Assembly: GCA_000320545.1 (NCBI GenBank)
Contig: ADNK01003301.1
Span: 1 to 64,000, forward strand
Direction of reading: 5' to 3'
DNA: 64,000 nucleotides
From: Bigelowiella natans CCMP2755
Taxonomy: Eukaryota > Protista > Cercozoa
Positions 12,987-23,551 of the stretch are shown in pieces. Under the pieces are notes generated by a model. It ran no database searches. It saw nothing but the letters and a program-made list of their open reading frames with translations, and was not told the DNA's origin. Both the position numbers and the translations under genes were made by a program. Every line of letters begins with the position of its first letter. The first letter of the stretch is position 1.

Positions 12987-13565
12987 CCGTTGAATGGACG
13001 TGGCTTATCGTCGTCGTCGTTGTCGTTGCTGTTGTCAAACGACAAGAGCTCATCTTCCCAAGTGCCAAAGGACAGAGAAAAGTAGTTGAAAATGTTGGGG
13101 AAACATCCTTCATTGTTGTTCAAAGTAATGAGTGAGTTGATCATCTTTCCAGCACACGTACTACGAAGAGTGACTAAAAATTAGTCGGATCGGACGGAAA
13201 GATATGTAGTTAACAAGATGAGAGTAATATCACATTGATGCATTCACGACGATGTAAAATCTGACAAGTTGCTGAATCATCAACTACTATAAAAATATTT
13301 TTGGCAAACAGCATAACCCGTGATTCATCGGAGTTATTATTATTGGTGCTTTTCGCAATGTTAATTATAGATCCATATCATAAAGTGGATTCGCAGCAGC
13401 CATACATGATCGAAGACATATAGCATACTATATGATGATTAGCAAAGCACTACCACTGCATGCGCAGGAGAGAATTATATACGTGTGTGATGAATAACTC
13501 ACATAAGTATCTTATAGGCGCTTTAGCTTGTATTGCCGGCGACAACAATATGCATACTATAAGCA

Positions 13566-13700
13566 GCATTGCACAGCTGCATAAGGGTGACCATTGAAAA
13601 TTTTAATCTCTTCATTACATCCGTCTCATATATTATAGCTCTGCATAGCGCATTAGGCTGACTAATGAAAAAATGTAATCTTTTCATTACACCAGTCTCA
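13566..13700 (+). repeat. Two tandem copies of the ~60-65 bp dispersed element
   Basis: 13566-13629 (..gaccattgaaaattttaatctcttcattacatccgtctcat) and 13638-13700 (..ctaatgaaaaaatgtaatcttttcattacaccagtctca). Confidence 0.8.
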
Positions 13701-14056
13701 CATATGTCTAGGTATAGCCTAGCAGTGTTTTTTCTGCGCATCTATGTTAGCATAGGGGCGAAGTAGTACTACATGAAGCGACTATATATCACATGCAAAG
13801 CAAATAATTTCCAGCAGTGTATAAAGCAAGAATGACAAAAGTATTTACTTATCTCAATAATGTACAATAGAATGCACCATTATCTTCCCCCAAGAAGAAA
13901 CAAACAAAGTCAAGTTCATTTAAATTTCATTGTCTGATCGCCTGAATCTCCTTTCGAAGAAGGAATTTGCGTGAAACTGTAGTTCTTCAATCTTCAAACA
14001 ATGCCTCCTGCCCTCTCCAATTTGAACCCACTTCACACTCCAAGTGTATAATATTA

Positions 14057-14335
14057 TTATTCATCATCTGGTAGTTCATTCCATTTTTTCAGTGCTTCTT
14101 CATATTCTTTTTTAGCAACTTCTGCTTTTTGTTCATATTTTTTCTTTTTGCTTTCGTTTATTGTTTTCCAACTAGCTCCACCCTGACTGACCATCTCAGT
14201 CACATTGTATTTACCATCATTCGTTTTCCGGAAATCGGTCATAAAATGGAAGAAAGCCGACCTGTGATATCGGAACCAAATTGAATGGGACAACAACATT
14301 AGTAATAATAGTAATAATAATAATAATGACATATG

Positions 14336-14386
<51 letters not shown>

Positions 14387-15304
14387 CATACAAGAATTGT
14401 ATACTTCACCTACGAATAGGATGTGTCTCTATGGCTTAGTAAAATCTTACTACTTACATCGGCTTCTTTGGCTTTTGCCCTGCCTTGCTATTGCTTTGTT
14501 TCTCTTTGTAAGCCTCCATTGCAGACTCATGCTCTGCTTTGAGTTTCGCAGCGTTCTTTTCGTAGGGGGCCTTATCAGCATCACTCATGGTACCCCAAAC
14601 CTTTCCTGCCTCTTGAAGAAGGGACTTCGCATCATACTGAGTGTCGATATTATACGTCTTAATCTTGTGTGTGATGTGAGGAAGTATGGGTCATGGCTTG
14701 TGAAATGGTAATAATCTCAGTAACTAACCTTGGCTTTATTTTCCTCTCTGAACTTATCGAGGAAAAGCAAAAATGCCGACTTGGGTTTCTTGGGCTTATC
14801 TGCCAACAATCATTGTCATCTATTCCCCAATTTAAGGAATAACTTAAGTAATCTAAGTAATCTAGATAAAATGAAACCTGGATCTTTGGCCATTTTCTTG
14901 AGTTTTTTCTTGTCTGACTCCTTAGCCTTTCCCTTCGAATTAGCAGCACTCTTTTTCTTTTCGGGAGTTGAGTTTTTCCTTGTAGTCTTCTCCTTGGCAG
15001 GAGCTTTCTCCTCTGCTGATTTCTTGTTGGCACCACCCTTTAGCATTAAATTATGAAATTTCCAGCAACGCTCTGACACAACCTCTTCCCCTTGGCTGAC
15101 AAGGGGTGAACAAGATAGTTTGCTTCGTGATATTTTTGCTGAAACCCCATCGGCGTGCTTCCGGGATGGAGGGAGACCGAGGACTGCGAGAGTGGCGATT
15201 AAGATAATGCCTACAATGATTGAGCGTCTCCCAGGAGGGGCTAATCTTGTGTTCCTCCTCCTTGGAGGATACCCAAGCGAGCGCGCCAAGGGTCTTTCCT
15301 CCAT
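14057..15304 (-). CDS. Double HMG-box protein with N-terminal signal peptide and transit-peptide-like leader, 4 exons
   Basis: Exons 15304-14878, 14799-14729, 14636-14458, 14261-14057. Box 1: KDPDKPKKPKSAFLLFLDKFR..AGKVWGTMSDADKAPYEKNAAKLKAEHESAMEAY. Box 2: KPKKPMSAFFHFMTDFR..GGASWKTINESKKKKYEQKAEVAKKEYEEALKKW. Leader contains IIVGIILIATLAVLGL. Confidence 0.88.
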
Positions 15305-16765
15305 TTTATTGGACACACAGAATCTTTTTCAGACATACTGGAAGATATTGGGGTCACCGATATTTTCCAATCTACGAAGATTCATAGAGAACGACAAAGA
15401 AGATTCACTTCCGAAAACAGTTTAGCCAATCAACTTCTACTCCATGTCGCCTTGACGCGCTGCGGAAATGCCTTCGCGCGCTCGGAGACTGACCGAAATT
15501 TTATTTCGGCACCCATATTCAATCTTTCTCGGTGGAATTATTTTTGCGTCAGCACACGCGATAATGCGGCAATCGACCAGATTTAACTAATAGCCTGCAT
15601 TCCTCTCGTTTTTTGCTATTTTGAGGAGTAGTTGGTTGGCAGTCCGACGAAATTCGCTCGATGATGTGATCAACAAAAAGTGATACAAACGACAAGGAAA
15701 TATTCTTGACGTATGATAAAATGAATGGTTTTTCGCTCTAAATTGCTCCAGTGAAAGAGAATTAAGATCTTACACGCATCTGTTCAAATCTGTTCGACGG
15801 GTACGGCACCCCCTCCCTCCCATACTTAAAAAGAAGTACTGCCCATATCATCGCGCACCTCCCTGTTCATAATGGGAGGTTGATGACTTCATTTTTGTAA
15901 TGTAAATTAACGGTGCAATTTGCCGTTGAGGGACACTGCAATTGCACACTCCAAGTCGGGGTGCCACGGTGGTACTTTTCCCACGTTGTGCAGCAGCATC
16001 CGAGAAAAACTCATTTTGAGTTTCTGCGGATGCAATGACAGTCCCTCTCAGATATTACTTTGATATCGACATTGAAATGTCTTCCGAAAAGAAGAATTCG
16101 ACCATTTTGAGGAAACCATCCGATGACGTTTTTTTCGATCTTTCTCTCCCCGAGAAGATGCGATGGTTTCTCTTTCTTCATAAAACATCGAGTACCGTTT
16201 GCTCATGTGTTGAAGAATATGCAAGGGAGTACTTGGGATGGTAGCTGGGTATGGGATCGGGAATGATATCTTAATGGGATCGCATAATTGATCATTTGTG
16301 AATCTTCTTCAGTATTCCTCATTCACGCAATTTAACTTGGGAATGAGCGGATATTCTCCGAACAATCTAAGAACAAGAATGACAAGCAAGGTTGTGTACT
16401 ATAGATTTTAAATTTGGTGGGAAAGTATATTCTGAGGGCTTTGGAATACTAGAAAACTTAAGAGTCGATTATGATGACATCACTCACTCAAGATACCGGG
16501 GATGAAGCGGCTAATTCAAACATGGAATGAAATTTAAGTGATGGAACTGATTAACTCTTTCTTCCTTTTAGTCCGACGTCTCCATCAGCTTACCAGTCCA
16601 TGTACAGGACACGAAAGCCTACTCCCGCATGTAGATCAACTCTCACACACTGCCTCCATATCATTGATATCAACGTGTCTTTCTATCCTCAGCTCCAATG
16701 AACAATACACCTCGAAGCCAGTATCCGCGAGCCTGGATAATAGGCAATCATTAGAGCAATTTACC

Positions 16766-18309
16766 ATGCTTGTTTACGTTATGGTGGGGCTCTCGGGTTT
16801 CTGCATATTGCTTGGGCTGCTTTCAATGGGATTCCGAGCAGGGTATGGTTGGAGTAGTTTCAGTAGCTTATTAACTGCTGCTGCTGCTGCTGCTGATGAT
16901 GATGATCCGTACTCTATTTATCTAGCAATGTCATGAAATTGTGCTTTGGTTGCTCTTCTCCATCGAATTGCATTACATTTTAATTATTCCAAACGCACAT
17001 CACCAGTAGCGTCCTCAAACCCTACCGTCCGTTGCAGGTACATGATACTGGTGCTGCTCATCTGCATCGGCAGTTTCTTCCTTATTCTATATCTCGCTCA
17101 ATGGATCATCGCACACCCAGACAACGACCCTCAAATGAGGAAGATATCAGATTACATCCGTGAGGGTGCCCAAGGTACAGCATCAACCGAGCAGATGCCC
17201 CTCTTGACAGTTACTTATCAAAATAATTTCTGCTGCCTTTTCCTTCTTCTTCACACTTATCATCGTTCATTCATCTATTAGGGTTCCTTACGGTCCAGTA
17301 CAACACTATCCTTTGGATGGCTGGTGCCGTGGCAGTGGTGATCTTTGGTATCTACCTGTTCCGAGCCTCCACGACGAAGGAGGTCTCTAAGACCACACTT
17401 GCGATCCTGACGTCGCTATCGTTCGGTCTGGGTTGCTTTTGTTCCGCACTCGCTGGCTACATTGGCGTCTGGTCCTCTGTGCGCGTGAACATCCGTGTGG
17501 CAATGGCAGCTGGAAAGCGGGATTACATAAATTGTTTCTTGCTCTGTTTCCGGGGCGGGGCGCTCTCAGCCTGCCTTTCCGCGTCCATGTGTATCCTCGG
17601 AATTTGCATGCTTTACCTACTTGTTCACATTATCTTCGTCGACTTCTCTGGAATGCCAGTCCACGAAGTTCCGGTGCTGCTCGCTGGCTATGGCTTCGGA
17701 GCATCGTTCGTGGCGCTTTTCATGCAGCTCGGGGGAGGCATCTACACCAAGGCTGCTGACGTGGGTGCGGATATGTGCGGGAAGATCGACCAAAACCTGC
17801 CGGAAGACGATCCAAGGAATCCGGCTGTCATTGCGGACCTTGTTGGAGATAATGTCGGGGACTGTGCAGGATCCATGGTATTACGTACTGTACAGCAGCA
17901 TGATGATGATGAGGAGGAGGAGGAGGAGGCAATGGATGAGTACGACCCAAAAAAAGGATGAGACAAAACACAACAATATAACGATGCACATCTGCATAAT
18001 TGCACGTTATTGTTATTGTTGTTGTTGCTACGGTGGTAGTGGTAGTGGTAGTCCTGGTGTCATTATATGCTCTGACATCTTAAATTCTTCTCAGGCCGAT
18101 GTATTCGAGAGCATTGCCGCTGAGATCATCGGAACCATGATTCTGGGAGCTAGTCTAGGCCACGAAGCAAAAGTGGAGAACTTGGAGGCTTTCATCTTCT
18201 TTCCACTCATCATTCATGCCTTTGACTTAGTTGTAAGCGGTGTCGGTATTATGGCAGTGCAATCGCGCGGTCGGTCGGAGCCTCCTCTCACTACAATGCT
18301 CAGAGGGTA

Positions 18310-18352
<43 letters not shown>

Positions 18353-19684
18353 ACTCTCTTCTCTTTTTCACACACATACATATTAAGAGAGAGTGAGAAA
18401 GAGAAAAAGAGAGAGAGAAAGCGAAAGGCTCACGCACAAACTCTATCACAACAAAGGTACACGGTGGCGATGGTACTCGCAATCATCGGCTTCGTCGCAA
18501 CGACACGCTGGATGCTCTACACCGAGGTTGCTCCCAACGCTTGGTGGCACTTTTCTGGCTGCGGTATCTGTGGGATTGTGACGTCCTACCTCCTCGTCCT
18601 CATCACTAAGTACTACACGGACTACGAAAACTCTCCTGTAATAGGCATTGCGCGCGCGAGCAAGTCGGGTCATGGGACCAACATAATTGCGGGGGTTGCC
18701 GTTGGAATGGAGTCGACTGGTCTGCCAATTGCTGTAATCTCAGTGGCTCTCATGATCTCCTATACACTCGGAAAGACCTCGGGACTCCCAGGAAACGCTG
18801 CTGGCGTGTTCGGTACTGCAGTGGCAACTATGGGCATGCTCTGTACCGCCGTCTTTGTGCTCTCCATGAACAACTTCGGACCCATCGCTGACAATGGCGG
18901 AGGAATCGTCGAGATGAGCGGCCAGGGCGAGGAGATTCGCGAGATCACGGATATGCTTGACGCAGTTGGAAACGTCACTAAGGCTGCTTCCAAAGGCTAC
19001 GCAGTCGGCGGATCAGCTCTCGCCTGCTTCGTGCTCTTCCAGGCCTTCCTCGACGAGATCAGCATCCTCATCAACAAGCCCTTCCAGAACATTGACATTG
19101 CCAATGTCGAGGTGGTGATAGGCGGGATGCTGGGCGTGATGACGATCTTCCTCTTCACTGGATGGTCGATGGCCGCTGTGGGATCCACCGCCGAAAAAGT
19201 CGTGCAGGAGGTGCGGAGGCAGTTCCAAGCCATGCCTGGTATCATGGCCACCCCTCAGACACAACAGCCCGACTACACAACATGTGTCGCTATTGTGACA
19301 AAAGGAGCCCTCGGAGCGATGGTAAAACCCGCGTTACTTGCGTTGGCTATGCCTGTCGTTGTCGGCTTTAGCTTCCGTGCCATCGGTTCTTACACCAACC
19401 AGCCCTTGCTTGGATTAGAAGTAGTGGCAGGCTTCATGATGTTCGGCAGCATTACCGGCCTAATGATGGCTATCTTCCTCGACAATAGTGGAGGTGCATG
19501 GGACAACGCAAAAAAACTAGTGGAAAAGTCTGGGCAGAAGGGCTCCGAGCAACACAAGGCCGCCGTGACGGGAGACACGGTCGGAGATCCTTTCAAAGAC
19601 ACTTCTGGTCCCTCCCTCCACGTCATCATTACAACGATGTCGACGACGATACTGGTCTTGGGACCCCTTTTCGCATCTTATTAA
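16766..19684 (+). CDS. Membrane H+-translocating pyrophosphatase, K+-independent (type II/AVP2-like), 5 exons
   Basis: GGGIYTKAADVGADMCGKID, PEDDPRNPAVIADLVGDNVGD, GPIADNGGGIVEM, DNSGGAWDNAKK, GDTVGDPFKDTSGPS. GNVTKA has Lys where K+-dependent enzymes have GNTTAA. Exons approx. 16766-16842, 17038-17173, 17282-17877, 18094-18306, 18457-19684. Confidence 0.95.
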
Positions 19685-21269
19685 TACAAGTATTGATTTG
19701 CTGGTGATGAAGTGTATCAACTTTAGTGTTGGTGATGATGATGACGAACATAATAGTTCATATGAGTACATCAACCCGATATCATATGTTTGAATCTTTC
19801 AATGCAATCGGAATTCATTTTTAGTTTAAAAAAAATATTCAGGAGATGGATGAAGGAAATTAATGTATGAAGTTTCCTCACATGTCTTTGACTATGCCAT
19901 ACATCTAAACATGTAGCAGCTACAATGTGTGCATGGCGCCCCAACTCTAGACTGGCGTGTGCGGCACCATGTTGATCATTGCTACTGTGCGTCGGCGTCA
20001 TCAAACGAAATCTTGCAAAAACAACTTAGCAGCCCTGTTAGCTAGACAGCGAATGGAATGAGCGGCTTGCGTGTTGAATTGAATGTGACACTTTTCACCG
20101 CACATGCGAGCAATCTGCCCACATCATGGCAAAGCTAAGCGAGCACATGCTGTCAGCATGCTAGCATGCTAGCGTGCATGCTTGCTAGCTTGCCAGCCAG
20201 CATGCTTTTCATTCTCGCCTTGTTGTTGGTTTCCACCTCTCTAGCTCTCTCCCTCCTTCTCTCCCAATCTGTGCTAGCAATGCCAATGACCACATGCAAT
20301 CGATCAACTGTTCTGTCACTCACTAGCTCGCCCCAAAGGGTCGCGTGCTTGTGCATGCAAGCCTCCCTTCTCACTGCTGCCACTGGACTGGATGGCTAGC
20401 TAGCTGGCACGTCAGCAAGGCTGAAGGTGTGCTGCAGTGGTGGATGCCACCTGCAAGCACTGCAAACAAGTTGGATGCGGCCCAAGCAGGTGGACAAGGC
20501 TAGAAGGGGTGCACATTGAGCGCGCACACCACACAGGTCTGAAGGTCAGCCCACGGGGCCAGCTTGCTAGCTTGGGTGAACAAGGTTGCTTGTCAATGCT
20601 GTTGAACAGGCAAGCTAGCAAGGCAAATGGCGACGATGCAGTGCTCCAAACACACAGGTGGAGATGGCCTAGTTTTTGAAGTCTCTGAAAGAAAGAAAGA
20701 AACTTGATGATGGACTACATTTCCAAAATGTGAATGTTGCACTTGCAAAGTGCTAGAGCACAAAGTGCAATGCCTCGAGCTAAACACAGCTTTGAAGTCA
20801 ATTCCCCTCCGACTGTGAGCATCATTGATGATGACTCCCACTTTTCGAGTTTTTTTTGCAGGAGTTTGCACCGAATTGTCATTATTAGGAGTGAGCTTCG
20901 ACAAAAAAAAACATGTCATACAAGATGCAGACAATGTGACGCATGTTAGCTTGTAGAATATTTTTTTTTGGTTCGAGCTTCGACAAAAAGCTCATTAAAG
21001 CAAACATTCAAAACACTCCACTTGAACAATGTTCAACACTGCCGAAATTAAGACATGTCAAATTTGCCTCAACAACAAACAACATTTACATGAACTAACC
21101 AGATCCATGATTAGCCGTTTAGGCAATTTATTCCAAAAAAGTTTGTTGAATGTAACTAACCAGATCTTTATTGTTATCCCTACTACTATTAATAGTCTTA
21201 GACCTAATCTTACATGTAGTAGTAGTTCATGACGGACGACGACCTGTAACGCACACCTCGACACTAGAC

Positions 21270-21815
21270 ATGCCAACGGAAATGGATACTACTAAATCTA
21301 CACAGGACGTGATGAATGTTGGCCACACGCCAGCGGTCGCTGAATCGAAGGAATCACCGTCTTGTGGGTTCGATGAAAAGTCACCTTGGATCCGTGTAGG
21401 ATGTTCAGTTAACGGTGTCCCAAACATGTGTGGAGGGCTAAATTGTTTGCTCATTCCATGCTCTGGAATTTTCTGTGGATGTCCTGTTTTCCACATGCAA
21501 ATACCTTACATGAACAACAAATTGCCAAACCCAAATAAGGAACCTATTCTGGGTTGCTGCAGCTGCGAAGATATTGATGAGTACAATTGTCCGACTTGTT
21601 GGGTTCCATCGCCTGTGTCTCTTCCATGCTGCCTGCTGTGCTTCGTTCCTGTAGCCATTTTGAGTGTCTGCTCTGACAAGTTCGAAGCTGGTCCATGCTG
21701 TTATTTTTGTTTTTTCGCTGGAGTTCTTCCTTCATCTAAAAGTTGCTGTTACCTTCCGTGTGCTCTCATGGATCAATTACCGAATAAATGGATTTCAATG
21801 AAAGACGAGTGGTAG
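21270..21815 (+). CDS. Cysteine-rich hypothetical protein (181 aa, 22 Cys), intronless
   Basis: ATG 21270 to TAG 21815. Non-repetitive, protein-like composition with CC and CxxC clusters. No family recognised. Confidence 0.55.
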   Translation: MPTEMDTTKSTQDVMNVGHTPAVAESKESPSCGFDEKSPWIRVGCSVNGVPNMCGGLNCLLIPCSGIFCGCPVFHMQIPYMNNKLPNPNKEPILGCCSCEDIDEYNCPTCWVPSPVSLPCCLLCFVPVAILSVCSDKFEAGPCCYFCFFAGVLPSSKSCCYLPCALMDQLPNKWISMKDEW

Positions 21816-22097
21816 TTTCTGTGAAGGTTCCACGGACGCGAATGATAATATCCCTAAACATAGAAGTGGTTCATGATTGCATGGTGGACACACCCTCACG
21901 ACATTGCAACCTGAGGAGCCTCTTGATAAGCTACTCAACACGGAGTAGTGCTAAATCTAATGTATTTTTCGAAAATCGACCTCCGACCTCTCCATTTCAC
22001 ACGCTGATTTTAACCAAAATGATTCAGCTAGAACGTCTGACCCCTTCATTGATGCTTGAAATGAAACAACTATTGGCACAGTATGTATCATTATATT

Positions 22098-22249
22098 ATG
22101 AGACGGATGTGATGAACTCAATTGATTTTTTTCAACAGCCATCCTAATGTAGCTTTACAAAGCATATGTACATTATATATTTGTATATATATATATGAGA
22201 CGGATGTAATGGAATGTTTAAATTTTTTCAATGGTCATCCTAATGTAGC

Positions 22250-22288
<39 letters not shown>

Positions 22289-22352
22289 AGAGACGGATGC
22301 AATGATTAATTTAAATTTTATCAATGATCATCTTAATGTAGCTATGTAAAGC
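22098..22352 (-). repeat. Three tandem copies of the ~60-65 bp element separated by (TA)n tracts
   Basis: Copies at 22098-22163, 22195-22250 and 22290-22352, each reading gagacggatg...catc(c/t)taatgtagct on the + strand. Confidence 0.88.
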
Positions 22353-22688
22353 AGCGGCCACAGCGTACATACCGTGATTCATCGCATCCATGTGATGGCG
22401 ATTCTGGGCAGTTTGATAGTGTCCGAGGAGGGTGTGTAGTATCAGTGTCTAGCCGAGCCGTTTCAAAGGCACCGGTCTGGTGTCATCACCCAGCTATTCT
22501 AGTATTGTTGTCGCAGAAAGCAGCAAATGCTGCCTGATGCATGTACACATGTGTGTGCGTCGAATGTAGACGAAAATTTGGGTATGTGGGCATGCAGCTT
22601 CATGCTGTCACGAGGATCGAATGTGTGACATTGCCGATTCGGCACGCTCCGCGACTTGTGGCATCATTTTTCGCATATGGCGGATAGT

Positions 22689-22945
22689 AACACGTGGTGC
22701 TGCCACCACTGTTGCAGTCCGTGGCAGGATGTCCAATGCCGATCGCGCGCAGTTGCTAGCGCAGAGTGGGCACTTGTTCAAATGAATTATGTGTTGCTTT
22801 GTGAATGTTGAGCGCATGCGCAGAAACAGTCAAGAATGCGATCGGAATGTTCATGCAGAACATTCCCAGATCTTGCGCGGCTGGCCAATGGCAATTTGAA
22901 TTGCCCCAACCGCTAGTTGCAACAGTGGTGGCAGCACCACGTGTT
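22689..22945. mobile_element. MITE-like non-autonomous element, 257 bp, with perfect 28-bp terminal inverted repeats
   Basis: aacacgtggtgctgccaccactgttgca (22689-22716) is the exact reverse complement of tgcaacagtggtggcagcaccacgtgtt (22918-22945). No coding capacity and no clear target-site duplication. Confidence 0.65.
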
Positions 22946-23551
22946 GCAGGATGACATGCGGACCATTTGTTGATGAGCTGCCCTGAGCATATCTAGATAT
23001 GCTCAACAACGCTTGGCAATCAATTGACTGCCTTCATGGCCGGCGGAGAGCTAGAGATGACGAAACCAAGCGACTGTCTAGCTAGCGCTAGGGAAGGGAA
23101 ACAAAACTAGAAAATAGGGCGCGTGCAGCATGCACGATGCGCACGCCATTTTCTTCATTTAATTTCGTGCACGAATGTGTGCATGTGCAATTTCTAGATT
23201 TGAGCGCTCTAGCGCTGCATGGCAGCCGATGCATTCTAACAGTTGCACAGCTGTCATTGGGATTTGTTATATTCGATCTAGTATACACGCGAAATGAATA
23301 TTGCGAATGTTGTGCATATTGCCCGTGCGTCCTGCCATTATTTTAGTCGTTCATATCCTCTCACGATGGCCATGTTGCAGAGCTACGACAATCTCATCGT
23401 CATGCATAAAATTATTAGACACTTTTCTTATTATTATAGCGTTGTAACGAAGCACAACAACCACGTCTCTTAACATTTAAGCGAGTTGCATTCATAGATG
23501 GCCTACTTCTAGGCTTAAATATGCCTCAGACTGCTTCCATGACGATCTCTA

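Noticed and set aside
15430-16700. Short ORFs (e.g. 16035-16244) in the HMG/PPase divergent spacer
   Set aside because: No motif and no consistent exon chain; treated as promoter/UTR.
20593-21232. Possible decayed transposase ORFs; gagcttcgacaaaaa occurs twice
   Set aside because: No DDE, RT or Rep motif recognisable, so it cannot be assigned.
22098-22352. Repeat-spacer pattern resembling a CRISPR array
   Set aside because: Eukaryotic context, degenerate repeats, (TA)n spacers and no cas genes.
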